Numbered from the stretch's first letter, positions 1 through 10,848 are shown. The stretch is 64,000 nt of DNA from Kiritimatiellia bacterium (GCA_033812795.1 JAPXSY010000008.1:12496-76495), one strand, 5' to 3'. Translations and numbers: made by a program. Notes: generated by a model from the sequence alone, not told the origin.

Positions 1-274
1 TCCCACATCGTGACGAGGCGAATCTCGTCGGGATTCACCGTCTCGCCGAAGTCGACCACGCAGTCGACCCATCCGGCACCCGACTGGATGTCCGCCATGG
101 ACGAGACAAGGAGCGGAGCCCGGCGCGCCCAGTCCGTGTTCCACCACGGACGCGTCGCCGCGCTTGACAGATACATCTTGTTCGTCACACCCGACACCGG
201 CACATCCAACGCGGTCTTCGCCTCAACCGAACCGGCGGCAAGAACGGCAGCGATCACCAACTGTTTCACCCTGC
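1..274 (-). CDS. 5' (N-terminal) portion of a fourth paralog of the giant GH42-like secreted protein; the gene continues beyond the window start
   Basis: The reverse complement of bp 1-274 reads MMKGRVKQLVIAAVLAAGSVEA...PWWN...VVDFGETVNPDEIRLVTMW. This is collinear with the N-termini of the paralogs at 299..4201, 6990..10820 and 41108..44950. A signal peptide is present. The start ATG lies at 274 (or 271), 24 bp downstream of the stop of the preceding paralog. Confidence 0.6.
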
Positions 275-298
275 CCTTCATCATCCTTTTCCTTTTCG

Positions 299-3200
299 TC
301 ATTTCACGCTCTCTCCGATGCCGCCGACGAAGAACCGCGCCTTCTTCGCGTGCTCGTCAACCGGCATACCGATGAACCACGAGAGGATCACGTTGCCGTA
401 GGTCTTCGTCTCGTACCAGTCGTTGAAGGAGCGGCTGTTCTGGTTGAAGACGACCTTGCCGGCGCCCAAAACCTTGTCCTGAATGACGAGTTCGGCCGCC
501 GACGGATCCCGCGCCGTGCGGAACGGCGCAAGCTGCGTTTGCGGATCCCACTTCGTGAAGGCGAGCGAATACTGCCCGCCGTCGGCCTCGAGCCGCTGGA
601 CGCCATAGCGCGGCTTTGTCTCGTTCGTCGCGTAGTACGGGTGGTTCGTCGGGAACGTCTCGTCCCACGCCGGTGCACCGTCGCCGATGCCGCGTTTCGC
701 CGTCGGGTACGGGTCGAAGACACCGATCTCGGCGAGGAACCGGCGCGCGGCGGGCCCCGTGCCGTTCCTGTCGAAGAGGAGACCGCCCCCGCGCCGGAGA
801 AGAGCCTTCAGTTCCTCGGCGCAGTCCGCGAACGCCGCGTCGCAGTCCTTCGGATTGGCGCTGAAGTGGACGTAATGCGCCGTCTTGAGCGCTGCGGCAA
901 ATGCCTGCGCCGAATAGGTCTTCACATCCGTGTTGTTCGAGCGCCACACATCGAGGTCGTCGACCTTGAGTGTGCGGCAGAGCGTCGCCTCGTCCGTGAC
1001 GAAGCGCCGGCGTTCGATACCCGCCAGGCGCGAGCGCGTGATGCCGGCCGCCTTTGCCTTCGCGCCCTCGCCGCGGACGGACGTGAACTCGACCGCCACG
1101 TACGGCCGGAACGCGGGATCGGGATTCTCCGGCGGCTTCTGACCCGCCGGCCGGACGCTCGCGAGCGCCGCCCCCATCCACGCAGCCTCCTGCGCGGCAG
1201 GAATCGCCGTGAACGCGTCGCCGCCGATCAGGTAGAAGCCGCACTGCCGTGGCCCAACCGCAATCTCGAAGCCATTGGTGAAGGGGAAGCGCACGCCCTT
1301 CTTCACGTCGAGAACATACGACGGACTGCCGACGTAAAGCGTCACCTTCCCCCTGTCTTCGGTCTTGCCCTTGTTGTAAACGCCGAGGAACATCCCCTCT
1401 TCACCTGCCTGAAGGATGCCGTCGAGAGACTTCGACGCAATCTCGAACGGAGCGACGCCGCCGACGGACGCGACGAGCGCCTTCACACGCGCGATCGCCT
1501 TCGCATCGCCCTTCATCATCGGATCGGTGAGAACCTCCTTCGTCCAGACGATCCGGCCCTTGCCGAGTTCGATGACCTTCCCGTCCTCCCAGCCTTTCAC
1601 CTCCTCAACGTTCAGTCTTTCACCCGTACTCCCCTCGATCACCGCGCCGCCGCCTGCCTTCACGTAGGCGACGAGCTCTGCCGCGAGGGCTTCCGGGAGA
1701 ACCTCATCGTCGGTGAGATAGACGGCCTTGTAGCGAGCGAGCGAGCCGGCCTTGAAATGCGGATTGATGACGACATCGTAGTTGTAGCTCAAGATCTCCG
1801 CGAACGCATTGACGCGCGCGTCGTGGCGCGAGGCATGCCACCAGTCGCGCGGCATCGTACGGTACTTGCGGCAGTCCTCCTCGAAGCAGGCCATGTCGCG
1901 CAGGACGGCGAGGTTCTTCACCGGGGCCATCTTCGCGACCTTCGGCCCGAGCTTCGTGTAGAGCGCGAAGCGGTTGAAGTCGGCCGTGATCTCGAAGAGG
2001 TCGCGGTCGAAGTTTTCGTACGTCATCGACTCCTGCGAGAACCCGTTGATCCCGCAGATGAACGGCATCTCAAGCTGACCGATGCGGTGGGCGTAGTCCT
2101 TTGTCATGTTGTAGTAGTGGGCGTGAATCGTGTGTCCGTCACGGTTGTCGAAATAGCCCCTCAGGCGTTTGGCCGTGTGCTTGATCTTCGAGAGATTCAT
2201 GCCCGCGACGAATTCACAGAAGAGCGTGTCCATGACGCCGGGGTAGTAACCCATGCACATGTCGCGTTCAAGCTCGCTGTTCTCGGAGTTGAAGACCATC
2301 ACCTTCGTGCCGGGATTGACCTTGTGCGAATACTCGTAGAACGCCTTCATGTATTCGCCGCTCAGACGGCGCGAGGCGAAGAACGGCTCGGGGTCCGGCC
2401 ACTTCCAATAGGCCCTGCCGAACTTCTTGAGGTCGTCGTCCGGGAACTCGACGCCTTCGCCGCCGCCGAGCGCGTTGAAGGTCGAATCGACGCCGCACAT
2501 CGGGTAGAGGGCCTGCATCTCGCGGCAGAGGGCCTGCTCCTCGGCGTCGAACTTGCCGCCGTAACTGAAGCCCGGCAACGCGTCGTGCCATGTGCAGACG
2601 GCCAGTCCGTTCGAGTGGGCCTCGGCGCAGATGCGCTTCAGAAGCCGCCCGTCGTAACCGCCCTTCCATTCGGGAGCCTTCCATGACGGGTTGCGCGCCT
2701 TCTTGTGTGCGCAGAGTCGGTCGAAGAGGTCCTTCGAGATCGGGAGCGACGTCCAACTGTAGTCCGTCAACTGCCCCAGAAGGATCGTGTTCGCGCCAAG
2801 TGCGCGGATGTGCGCGATGATGTTCGGCGCCCACTCGTCGCCGGGAAGCGGCGTGGACGAACGCCAGCCGCCGACGTTGACGTTGACGCAGAAGTCACGG
2901 TCCAGAACCGGAACCTTCACGGGGATCTCTCGGTACGACTCGGCTTTCGCGACGAAGACCTTCGGCGGATGCGTGAGCCAGGCGTAGAGGGTGGCGACCG
3001 TCCGCGCCTCGCCGACTGTCGCGACGAGCGCGCCCGATCCCGTGACGGGCGTCTTCCCCTTCGGCGCGTGGTTGAAGTTCAGCGAAACATACTCGCCGCT
3101 CGACTGCCCCTGCCCGATGTAGGAGACGCCGCCCAGAGCCCGGCGGTCGAAGACCATACCGACGACATCGCGATTCCGACGGTCAGTGATCGCGTACCAG

Positions 3201-4201
3201 CCTTCCGAGAGCCACGGGAAGCGGTAGTATTCGGGCTGCGGCATACAGTCCGTCACATGATCGAGCGCCGCGCGGAACGTGAGGAGCTGGCCCGAAAGGC
3301 CACGGTAGGTGAAGTCATCGTGGCCACAGTCGCCGCCGCACGCCCACGAAACATCGATGCGCGCGTTGTGGAGACCGTCCTTCAGACGGTAGACATAGTC
3401 GACACGCGGCTGGCCCGCGTAAAACGTGAAGTCGAGCACGGCGTCCTCGTTCGTGAAGGTCACGGTTTTCCTGAAGGCGTTGTCGGCGGTGATCACCGCC
3501 TTCGACCACGGTTTCGGGGCCCTTCCGGCAGAGAACTCAAAGCCCCGCCAGGCGAAGCCCGTCGTGCGCCACAGGAGTTCGCTCGGTGCCTGCGAGGCAT
3601 TCACCTTCAGCTTCTTCATGAGGCCGTCCGTGCGGCGGAGGTTGTCGAAGACGACCTCGATGATGCCGTTGTTGACACGCACCTCGTCCTCGCGGCACGA
3701 GAGCGTCATCGGCGAGTCGATCCCCTGCGTCGGCGCGTCGGGATTGCCCCAGTAGATGAAGAACGGCCTGTTCTCGCGTTCGCGGAGCGACGTCTCGAAG
3801 AGGAGCCGGAGCGCGGTTGGCGCGACCAGGGCGGGGACGTCCCGGCTACGTGCTGTGATCAGCGCGCCCTCGCCCTGACGCACCGGTTCGGCGACGCACG
3901 GCACCGCGGTCCCCCACGGCGTCACCACGCGGACGGACTTCGCTTCAACCGCCTCGCTGACGTCGAAGATGAAATCGATCATCGCGCGCTCCTCGCGGAC
4001 ATCCGACATGTTCGAGACGAGAATCGCCGCACGGCGTTTCCAGGCCCTGTTCCACCAGGGGCGCTCCGGCATGTCGGCGAGGTAGACCCTGTTCGAGACC
4101 GCCGCGACCGGCACATCGAGAATGTCAAGCGCGGACGCGGACGCCCCGATCAGAATCGTCGACAACGCAAGAACGGCATGACTGAAGTTGAAACTTCTCA
4201 T
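299..4201 (-). CDS. giant secreted multidomain protein, paralog A; putative glycoside hydrolase with GH42-like architecture (TIM barrel plus beta-galactosidase-trimerisation/GATase1-like domains)
   Basis: Uninterrupted ~1300-codon ORF. The likely start is the internal Met (MRSFNFSHAVLALSTILIGASASA signal peptide) with an AAAGGA RBS. Conserved blocks are shared with three other paralogs (PWWNRAWKRR, VVTPWGT, IYWGNPDA, QPRVDY, ITADFNRFALYTKLG, NDWYE). The 'YKAVYLTDDEV..VKAGGGAVIEG' block resembles the GH42 trimerisation domain. Family assignment is by motif recall only. Confidence 0.6.
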   Translation of the reverse strand: MRSFNFSHAVLALSTILIGASASALDILDVPVAAVSNRVYLADMPERPWWNRAWKRRAAILVSNMSDVREERAMIDFIFDVSEAVEAKSVRVVTPWGTAVPCVAEPVRQGEGALITARSRDVPALVAPTALRLLFETSLRERENRPFFIYWGNPDAPTQGIDSPMTLSCREDEVRVNNGIIEVVFDNLRRTDGLMKKLKVNASQAPSELLWRTTGFAWRGFEFSAGRAPKPWSKAVITADNAFRKTVTFTNEDAVLDFTFYAGQPRVDYVYRLKDGLHNARIDVSWACGGDCGHDDFTYRGLSGQLLTFRAALDHVTDCMPQPEYYRFPWLSEGWYAITDRRNRDVVGMVFDRRALGGVSYIGQGQSSGEYVSLNFNHAPKGKTPVTGSGALVATVGEARTVATLYAWLTHPPKVFVAKAESYREIPVKVPVLDRDFCVNVNVGGWRSSTPLPGDEWAPNIIAHIRALGANTILLGQLTDYSWTSLPISKDLFDRLCAHKKARNPSWKAPEWKGGYDGRLLKRICAEAHSNGLAVCTWHDALPGFSYGGKFDAEEQALCREMQALYPMCGVDSTFNALGGGEGVEFPDDDLKKFGRAYWKWPDPEPFFASRRLSGEYMKAFYEYSHKVNPGTKVMVFNSENSELERDMCMGYYPGVMDTLFCEFVAGMNLSKIKHTAKRLRGYFDNRDGHTIHAHYYNMTKDYAHRIGQLEMPFICGINGFSQESMTYENFDRDLFEITADFNRFALYTKLGPKVAKMAPVKNLAVLRDMACFEEDCRKYRTMPRDWWHASRHDARVNAFAEILSYNYDVVINPHFKAGSLARYKAVYLTDDEVLPEALAAELVAYVKAGGGAVIEGSTGERLNVEEVKGWEDGKVIELGKGRIVWTKEVLTDPMMKGDAKAIARVKALVASVGGVAPFEIASKSLDGILQAGEEGMFLGVYNKGKTEDRGKVTLYVGSPSYVLDVKKGVRFPFTNGFEIAVGPRQCGFYLIGGDAFTAIPAAQEAAWMGAALASVRPAGQKPPENPDPAFRPYVAVEFTSVRGEGAKAKAAGITRSRLAGIERRRFVTDEATLCRTLKVDDLDVWRSNNTDVKTYSAQAFAAALKTAHYVHFSANPKDCDAAFADCAEELKALLRRGGGLLFDRNGTGPAARRFLAEIGVFDPYPTAKRGIGDGAPAWDETFPTNHPYYATNETKPRYGVQRLEADGGQYSLAFTKWDPQTQLAPFRTARDPSAAELVIQDKVLGAGKVVFNQNSRSFNDWYETKTYGNVILSWFIGMPVDEHAKKARFFVGGIGESVK

Positions 4202-4269
4202 GATGAATCCTTTGGTTCCCGCAATGAAGATTTCCATTGCGGGCGATGTGATACCGAGACCACCCGGGA

Positions 4270-6975
4270 TCAGTGCACACGCAAGATGAATCCGTTCACC
4301 GCCTGATATTCGGCGCAACCGATGTCGGGCAGACCGTTCTGCGGGCTAATGCGCGGTTGCGCATTGTTGCGCGTGACGATCACGCCGACGTCCATCGTTT
4401 TGCCGCGCACGGAAATCGTCGCCGCCGGCGCTTCGCTCCAGGTTCCGTCGCCCATGTCGAGCGGCCCGTCCTTCGCTCCGTCGCCCATCCAGTCCAACTT
4501 CAGGCCGTTGTCGACCAGAACGCTCGCTTTCCTGCCGATGCGCCATTCGCCGTTTTCCGCATCCGCATAGAACGGCTCGCCGTTCGCCGCCGTCAGGTTA
4601 TGGTAGTCGCCCGGCGTGAGGCCCGTGCCGATCTCGTCGTAGCAGTACGATACCTTCGTCGAGACGTTCTTGAACTTGTCCGGAATACCGGGCTTGTCCT
4701 CGTTCTCGCCGTTCTTCCAGAAGACGCAGTTCGTGAAGGCCATCTTTTGAACCGTCCCCGGAACCGAATAGTCGAGCGCCGTGCACCAGACCGCCCCGCG
4801 CGACACATGGTTCTTCACGAACGTGCAGGCCTCCGCCACACAGTCGGCCTTGTTCGTCTCGATCGAGCCGCCGAGGACGCACGCGCCCGTGTTATTTGCA
4901 AAGAAACAATTTTGCAACACGCTGCCGGTGTCGTAGGACCCGTAGAAGACCGTTCCGTAGCTGTTGTTGGCGTTGTCGCCCCCGATGTTGCGGACAAACC
5001 AGCAGTCACGGACGACAGCGCCGCCACCGCGGAACTCGATCGCGCCAGACCCGCACCGATCACTACTGTCCGTTGACCAGTTCGCGTCGAAGACGACGTT
5101 GGAGACGAGGCATGCACCGTTCAGGAAGAAGCCGCCTCCGTGGGTGTTGTACGACCCGTTACCGCGCACGACGCCGCCAAGGAACACCCCCGCTTCGATC
5201 ACGCCCGCGCCGCCGCCCGCGTCCCAGTAGGTCCCCAGATTCCGGTTGCCCTCCAGAAGGCAGTTGACAGCCCGTTGCGACGCGTTTCGCAGGTAGAGGC
5301 CGCCACCCGGATACGCGCCCGACCAGGCGAAGAACACCGTATTGCTGGAGATCGTGCAGTCAATGACGGCCGACGCCGACTCCAAGTTGACGCCTGCGGC
5401 AGAGCACGGGGCGGAATTGCCCGTGACGAGCGAGCGGGAAAGCGTCGACGCACCCATTAGCGCGACGCCAGCGCCATGGCTGACGTTGCAGCTCGACGTC
5501 TGCTTCGGCCCGTTCGTGATCATATTGTTGTGAATGTAGCAGTCGGTCGCCGACGATTCGTTGAGCATCAGGCCGCCGCCACGGAAAGCGCCGGTCGCCC
5601 ACCACATCGATTCGCACATCTGGTTGTTGACCGCGAGGCAGCCGCTGACCTCAAGGCGCGAAACGGTCGAGCGCTCGGCGTAGACGCCGCCGCCGTAGAA
5701 CGCCGTCTTGCCCGTTGTGTCCATGTCGTTCGAGATGACGCAATCCTTCACGAGCGCGTCGACGAGCGTCGACTTGTAAAGATAGACCCCGCCGCCGCGC
5801 AGAGCCTTCTCCACGCCGCCGTTGACGCAGCCGCAGACGATCATGTTGCTCGCGACCGAACCCTCCGCGATGAGCGCGAGGCCGCCGCCGCAGTACGTCG
5901 TTCCGTTCACGTAGTTGGTCGCGTTCCTCACCGTCAGCCCCGAAACGGAGATGCCGGAGCCCTTCACAACGACGCCCGCCGATGTTCCGCCCGCGTCGAT
6001 CACCGTCGCCTCGGCATCGTCCGAGTCGCCGAAGAGCCGGGTGTTCGTCATCTCCATCAGGAGGGGCGAGGTGATCCGGTAGACGTGCGGCGCGGCCTTC
6101 GTCCCGCCCGTCACCTTGATCCGGTCGGTCGGGAACGCGGCGGCAACCGTCGCGACGAGCGCCGTGCCCGCCTCCTCGTCTGTATCGTAATCGGCGCGGT
6201 CGACGACACGCACGTTGGACGGTACGGAAGGATCGGTCGCGAACGCCGTCGCGCCACAGTTCGGCCAGAATTTGGCGTCCACCGTATCATAAAAGCCGAA
6301 GTACTTCGTCGGCACCATCGCGTTGTCATCGCGCGCCGGCACAAATTCGTGGATCAGCGTTCCGTTCGCGTCGTACGCGCGCAGGTAGTAGATGCGGCCC
6401 GCCATGCAGTTGTTGGCGCCGAAGGTCGAAGAAGGCGAAAGCGAGTTGCCCAGCTCGTGCCTGCAGAAGATCGCGAGCGGGCTCCCCGCCGTGAACGAAG
6501 TGTGCTCGCGCGTGTTCCAGCGTTCCCCGTCATCGACGCACCACTTCTTGAGTTCAACGTTGACGTCGACCTCGTAGTCGGTCAGAAGATCGGGATAGAA
6601 AAACGGCGCGGAGGACGGCGCGGCCCAGCCGCCCGTCCAACACTGAAGGGCGCCCGGGAGATTCACGCGGTTGTTGCCGCCCTGCCCGAAGCTGAGACAG
6701 TAACCTTTGTCATTGGTCGCTGTGCCGCGTGCGCAGAAGACACCGGGCGAGTTCCAAGTGCCGACCTGATTGACGCGGAACTTGCAAACGATACGGTGAT
6801 TCCATTCCGGCACATAGTCCGTATAGACCCACTGGCCGCCGTTGTAAGTCGATTCGACATACGGCAGCTCGGTGTAGCCGCCCGGCAAGGCCGCAGGCGT
6901 CACATCACCGAAAGCTGGCAGAAGACGAGCCCCTGTCAACGCACAAGCCGTCAGCAACAACATGTGTTTCATCAT
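4270..6975 (-). CDS. secreted parallel beta-helix protein with Pmp-type repeats (GGG[LV]...FxxN) and an N-terminal lectin/LamG-like domain; C-terminal 'PDIGCAE' tail
   Basis: 907-codon ORF with signal peptide MMKHMLLLTACALTGARLLPAFG. It contains more than 10 repeats of GGG[LVAF] followed by [FL]xxN, the pattern of polymorphic-membrane-protein/right-handed beta-helix repeats. The first ATG (6993) overlaps the stop of the upstream gene as ATGA, while the RBS (GAAAGGAAG) favours the downstream ATGs at 6975/6972. Confidence 0.55.
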   Translation of the reverse strand: MMKHMLLLTACALTGARLLPAFGDVTPAALPGGYTELPYVESTYNGGQWVYTDYVPEWNHRIVCKFRVNQVGTWNSPGVFCARGTATNDKGYCLSFGQGGNNRVNLPGALQCWTGGWAAPSSAPFFYPDLLTDYEVDVNVELKKWCVDDGERWNTREHTSFTAGSPLAIFCRHELGNSLSPSSTFGANNCMAGRIYYLRAYDANGTLIHEFVPARDDNAMVPTKYFGFYDTVDAKFWPNCGATAFATDPSVPSNVRVVDRADYDTDEEAGTALVATVAAAFPTDRIKVTGGTKAAPHVYRITSPLLMEMTNTRLFGDSDDAEATVIDAGGTSAGVVVKGSGISVSGLTVRNATNYVNGTTYCGGGLALIAEGSVASNMIVCGCVNGGVEKALRGGGVYLYKSTLVDALVKDCVISNDMDTTGKTAFYGGGVYAERSTVSRLEVSGCLAVNNQMCESMWWATGAFRGGGLMLNESSATDCYIHNNMITNGPKQTSSCNVSHGAGVALMGASTLSRSLVTGNSAPCSAAGVNLESASAVIDCTISSNTVFFAWSGAYPGGGLYLRNASQRAVNCLLEGNRNLGTYWDAGGGAGVIEAGVFLGGVVRGNGSYNTHGGGFFLNGACLVSNVVFDANWSTDSSDRCGSGAIEFRGGGAVVRDCWFVRNIGGDNANNSYGTVFYGSYDTGSVLQNCFFANNTGACVLGGSIETNKADCVAEACTFVKNHVSRGAVWCTALDYSVPGTVQKMAFTNCVFWKNGENEDKPGIPDKFKNVSTKVSYCYDEIGTGLTPGDYHNLTAANGEPFYADAENGEWRIGRKASVLVDNGLKLDWMGDGAKDGPLDMGDGTWSEAPAATISVRGKTMDVGVIVTRNNAQPRISPQNGLPDIGCAEYQAVNGFILRVH

Positions 6976-6989
6976 CCGCTTCCTTTCTG

Positions 6990-9900
6990 TCATTCCGATA
7001 AAGCAACGCCGATGCCGCCGGCACGTTGCAAGGACTTCTTAGCGTGTTCTTCGATCGGCCGGCCAACGATCCAGCCGAGCAGCGCATCTCCGAACGCGCG
7101 GTTCTCGTACCAATCGGAGAACGCGAACCTGTTCTCGAGGAAGACGACGCGGCCCGTGCCGAGGACGTTCTCCTGAAGGACGAAGACGGCCACATCGTGA
7201 TTGCGTACCATCCGGACGGGGGCGACCTGACGCGCGGCATCCCACTTCGCGAATGAGCGCTCGGTGGCCTGAAACCGGCCGAAGCCGCCCTTCTTCACGG
7301 CGAGATTCCCGGCGAACGGATGGTTCGTCTCCGATGTCCAGACCGTGTTCTCGTCGCCCAGCTTCGGCGCGGGATGCGCGTACGGGTCGAAGACGCCGAT
7401 CTCCTTCAGAAACGCGCGCGTCTGCGGTCCGGCCGGGGAGCGGTCGAAGAGGATCGTCCCGCCGCGCTTCAGGAGCGCTTTCAGCTCGTCGGCGCAACTG
7501 ACGAAGACGTCGTCGACGGTCTTCTTTTCATCTGCGGAAAGCGTGCCGAGCGAGGAGAAATGGATGTAGGTCGCTGTTGAGAGGGCCCGGGCGAGGACGG
7601 GCGGATAGCAGTCGGCCGGCGTCACGGGCGTCACATCGATCATCGCCTCGCGCGAACGGCGGATCGCGGTCGGGTTTCCCTTCCCATCGCCGCGCGTGAA
7701 TTCGACAGCCTTCGCCGGGACGAACGAAGGGTCATCGTTCACCTGGGCCGGGATTCCGTTCGGACGCGCGGCGGCAACCGCAGGGCCGTTCCAGACGGCC
7801 GTCTTCGTTTCGGGAACCGCCGTGAACGTTTCATCGCCGATCAGGTAGAAGCCGCACTGTCGCGGCCCGATCGCGATGTCGAAACCGTTCGTGTAGGGGA
7901 AGCGCACACCCGTCTTCACGTCGAGGACGTAGAGAGAAGGTCCCGACCTCAACGCTTTCGCGATCGTCACCCGTCCCGCGTCGGCCTTGTCGCCCGCATT
8001 GTGGACACCGAGCAGCATTCCGTCGGAACCGGACTGCAACACACCGTCGAGCGACGAAGCGCCGTCTATGCGGTGCGGCATCGGCCCGGCCAGAGCCTCG
8101 ATGGCGGCGGCAACCTCGCGAATCGTCTTCTCATCCCGTTTCGCAAGTCCGTCCGTCCGGACTTTCTCATACCAGAGGATCTTACCCTTGCCGAGCGGCG
8201 TGATCACGCCGTCCTTGAGGCCAAGCGACTTGATGACGGTGTTCCCGGCGGTTTTCGCTTCGAGAATGGCCGTTCCGCCAGCCTTCACGTAGGCGACAAG
8301 TTCCTTGGCGAGCGCGTCCGAGAAGACGTCGTCCTCCGGCACGTAGACGATCCGGTACTTCGCCAGCGCCTTCGCCGTGAAGAACGGGTTCATCACAAAG
8401 TCGAAGTCGAGGTTGCGGATCTCGCCCAGTGCGCGGCAGCGGCCATCCTGCTCGGCACGGTTGAAGTAGGGCCGGTCTTTTGGCTGTCCGTGACGGCCCT
8501 TGCGGATGTCCTCGCGGTAGCAGACGGAATCGCGGAAGACGCCGAGGTAACGGACGGGCGCCATCCGCGCGGCCTTCTCGCCGAGGCGCGTATACTCGGC
8601 GAAGCGGTAGAAGTCGGCCGCGATCTCGCTCTGTTCGCGCGAGAAGTTCTCGTAGCTCTGGTTCTCGTGGCTGAAGCCGTTCACGCCGCATATGAACGGC
8701 AGCTCGATCTCCTTGATGCGGTGCATCGCGTCCGGCTTCATGAAGTAATAGTGGTGATGGACCGTCCGCCCCGCTTCGTTGTCGAAGAGCGCACGCATGC
8801 GCTTGGCGACGTGCTTGCAGCGCGAGAAGTCGAGCCCCGAGAGCATCTCGACGACGACCGTGTCGAAACTGCCGATCTGCTCGGACATGAAGATCTCACG
8901 GCTCAGTTCGCCGTTCTCCGAATTGTAGACGAGAACCGGGAGGTCCGGCCGCGCCTTCTTCGCCGCGTCGTAGAACGCCTTGACGAGCACGCGGGCCTTG
9001 TCCTGCCAGGCGAAGAATTCGTCTGGGTCCTTCCAGTTCCAGTAGTCGTTGTGCTTCTCGCGCTTCACGTCCTGGGGCAGGATGACCTGCTCCTGGCCCT
9101 CGAAGTTGTTGTAGATGACGTCCACGCCGCCGACCTCGGCCATCCGGAGGTGCAGATCGAGCGCCGTCCTCTGGATATCGGCGTCGAACTTGGTGTCGAA
9201 CTCGCGCCCGTACATACCGGGGATGAAGTCACCGCACTGCTTGACGACGAGTCCCTTCGCGTGCGCGGCGTTCGCCATCTCGAGGAAGTCCGTGCCGCGA
9301 TACTGATCCGGATCCCAGCCCGTGAAACGCTTGCGGCAGTCCGGTGCGACGAGCGGACGGTTCGCCTGCCGCTCGAGGTCGCGGTAGAGCTTCTCCGTCA
9401 GCGGCATGTCCCACCAAAAGTACCCGCCGACGCGGATACCCGTCACCCCGTACGACCGCAGGTGGTCGACGATGTTCGACGCCCACGCCGGATCCGGCAG
9501 CGGCTTGCCCGACCGCCAGCCGTGGCCCGAATCCTTGCCACAGTTGATATCCGCGATGAAGTCGCGGTCGAGGCGCGGCCGCACGTACGGATATTCCGCG
9601 TACGGCTGCGCCGCACCGACGGACACCGTCAGCGGCGTTTTCCGCCGCAGGTATTCGCGCCGCACGTCGAGCGCCTGGCCCGGAAGCGCCACGAGCGAAC
9701 CCGAACCGGTCACCGGCGCGTCCTTCCGCGCCTTGTGCGCAAAGGTAAGGCGCGTCCATTCGCCGAAGGCCTGTCCGCTGCCGTTATACCAGAGCCCCTG
9801 CAGCGCGGGACGGTCGAAGAGAAGCCCGCAGACGCTGGGCGACCGCTTCGAGGCGATCGCGTACCAACCTTCGCCGAACCACGGCGCCATCTCGAAGCGG

Positions 9901-10820
9901 GGCTGCGGGATCGAGTCGGTCGGGCTGTCCAGCGCAGCATCGAACGTGAGGAGCCTGCCGGTCGCGCCCGGATAGACGAACTTGTCGTAGGCGACGCCGC
10001 CGCCCACCGCCCAGGCGACGTTGAGTTCGCAGCGGTCGCCCTTCTTCAGCGCGTACGCCCAGTCGACGCGCGGCTGGTCAGCGTAGACCGAAAGCGTGAC
10101 CGCGCCGTTCGTCCCCTCGAAGCGGACGCGCTTCACGAAGGCGTTGTCCTCGGTGACGACGCCGTCGGACCAGTCCGTCGCGCCGCCCAACGTCATCTCA
10201 AGCCCGTTCCACGCCCACTGGGTCGCACGCTCGAGCAGCTCATTCGAGGCGTCCGTGCCCATGATGCGCAGCTTCCTGAGGAATCCGCCCGTCACATGCT
10301 TCTTGTCGATCGTGACATCCAGCACGCCATTCAGAATGCGCACCTCGTTCGCAGTCTCGGACATCATCAGCGCCGTTACCGGTGTCTCGCGCTTCGCCGC
10401 CGGATTGCCCCAGTAGACGAGGAACGGCTTGTTCTCGTGGATCCTGAGCGGCGTCTGGAAAAGCAGCCTGACGGCCGCAGGTTCTTGGCCTTGACCTTCC
10501 GCTTTGCCCTTCTCGCAAACGCACGGCACGACCGTCTCCCAAGGCGTCACCACGCGCACTTCGTCCGGGTTCACCTTCTCGCCGAAGTCGACCACGCAAT
10601 CGACGACCGCCTTCGGCTCCGGGACATCCGCATGGGAAGAGACGAGAATCGGCGCGCGGCGCTTCCAGGCCGCGTTCCACCACGGGCGGGAGGCCATGCC
10701 CGTCAGATACGCCGTGTTCGTGACGCCCGCGACCGGCACGTCGAGAATCGTTTTCATCCCCGCTTCGACGCACGGCAGAACAGCCGCGAGCGCCAGCCCC
10801 ATCGCCAGACTTCTCTTCAC
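6990..10820 (-). CDS. giant secreted multidomain protein, paralog B (GH42-like architecture)
   Basis: ~1320-codon ORF. The probable start is GTG 10820 or ATG 10802 (signal peptide (V)KRSLAMGLALAAVLPCVEAG). The annotated ATG at 10961 would overlap the upstream gene. It carries the same conserved blocks as paralogs A, C and D. Confidence 0.6.
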   Translation of the reverse strand: MKRSLAMGLALAAVLPCVEAGMKTILDVPVAGVTNTAYLTGMASRPWWNAAWKRRAPILVSSHADVPEPKAVVDCVVDFGEKVNPDEVRVVTPWETVVPCVCEKGKAEGQGQEPAAVRLLFQTPLRIHENKPFLVYWGNPAAKRETPVTALMMSETANEVRILNGVLDVTIDKKHVTGGFLRKLRIMGTDASNELLERATQWAWNGLEMTLGGATDWSDGVVTEDNAFVKRVRFEGTNGAVTLSVYADQPRVDWAYALKKGDRCELNVAWAVGGGVAYDKFVYPGATGRLLTFDAALDSPTDSIPQPRFEMAPWFGEGWYAIASKRSPSVCGLLFDRPALQGLWYNGSGQAFGEWTRLTFAHKARKDAPVTGSGSLVALPGQALDVRREYLRRKTPLTVSVGAAQPYAEYPYVRPRLDRDFIADINCGKDSGHGWRSGKPLPDPAWASNIVDHLRSYGVTGIRVGGYFWWDMPLTEKLYRDLERQANRPLVAPDCRKRFTGWDPDQYRGTDFLEMANAAHAKGLVVKQCGDFIPGMYGREFDTKFDADIQRTALDLHLRMAEVGGVDVIYNNFEGQEQVILPQDVKREKHNDYWNWKDPDEFFAWQDKARVLVKAFYDAAKKARPDLPVLVYNSENGELSREIFMSEQIGSFDTVVVEMLSGLDFSRCKHVAKRMRALFDNEAGRTVHHHYYFMKPDAMHRIKEIELPFICGVNGFSHENQSYENFSREQSEIAADFYRFAEYTRLGEKAARMAPVRYLGVFRDSVCYREDIRKGRHGQPKDRPYFNRAEQDGRCRALGEIRNLDFDFVMNPFFTAKALAKYRIVYVPEDDVFSDALAKELVAYVKAGGTAILEAKTAGNTVIKSLGLKDGVITPLGKGKILWYEKVRTDGLAKRDEKTIREVAAAIEALAGPMPHRIDGASSLDGVLQSGSDGMLLGVHNAGDKADAGRVTIAKALRSGPSLYVLDVKTGVRFPYTNGFDIAIGPRQCGFYLIGDETFTAVPETKTAVWNGPAVAAARPNGIPAQVNDDPSFVPAKAVEFTRGDGKGNPTAIRRSREAMIDVTPVTPADCYPPVLARALSTATYIHFSSLGTLSADEKKTVDDVFVSCADELKALLKRGGTILFDRSPAGPQTRAFLKEIGVFDPYAHPAPKLGDENTVWTSETNHPFAGNLAVKKGGFGRFQATERSFAKWDAARQVAPVRMVRNHDVAVFVLQENVLGTGRVVFLENRFAFSDWYENRAFGDALLGWIVGRPIEEHAKKSLQRAGGIGVALSE

Positions 10821-10848
10821 CCCATTCCGCGTCCCTGTTTCCCGATTC

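Noticed and set aside
10-375. 121-aa plus ORF at the window start resembling other listed ORFs (10504..13017 start, 41101..41391)
   Set aside because: All three are the antisense translation of the conserved N-terminal region of the giant paralogs. The similarity reflects paralogy of the true minus/plus genes, not a real small gene.
164-4306. Long plus-strand ORFs (164..2686, 840 aa; 2705..4306, 533 aa), with similar ones at 5476..7176, 8001..10856, 10504..13017, 17881..19602 and 19732..20571
   Set aside because: They lie antisense to domain-bearing minus-strand genes. They are Arg/Ala/Pro-rich and low-complexity with no recognisable motifs. This is the typical GC-driven shadow-ORF pattern.
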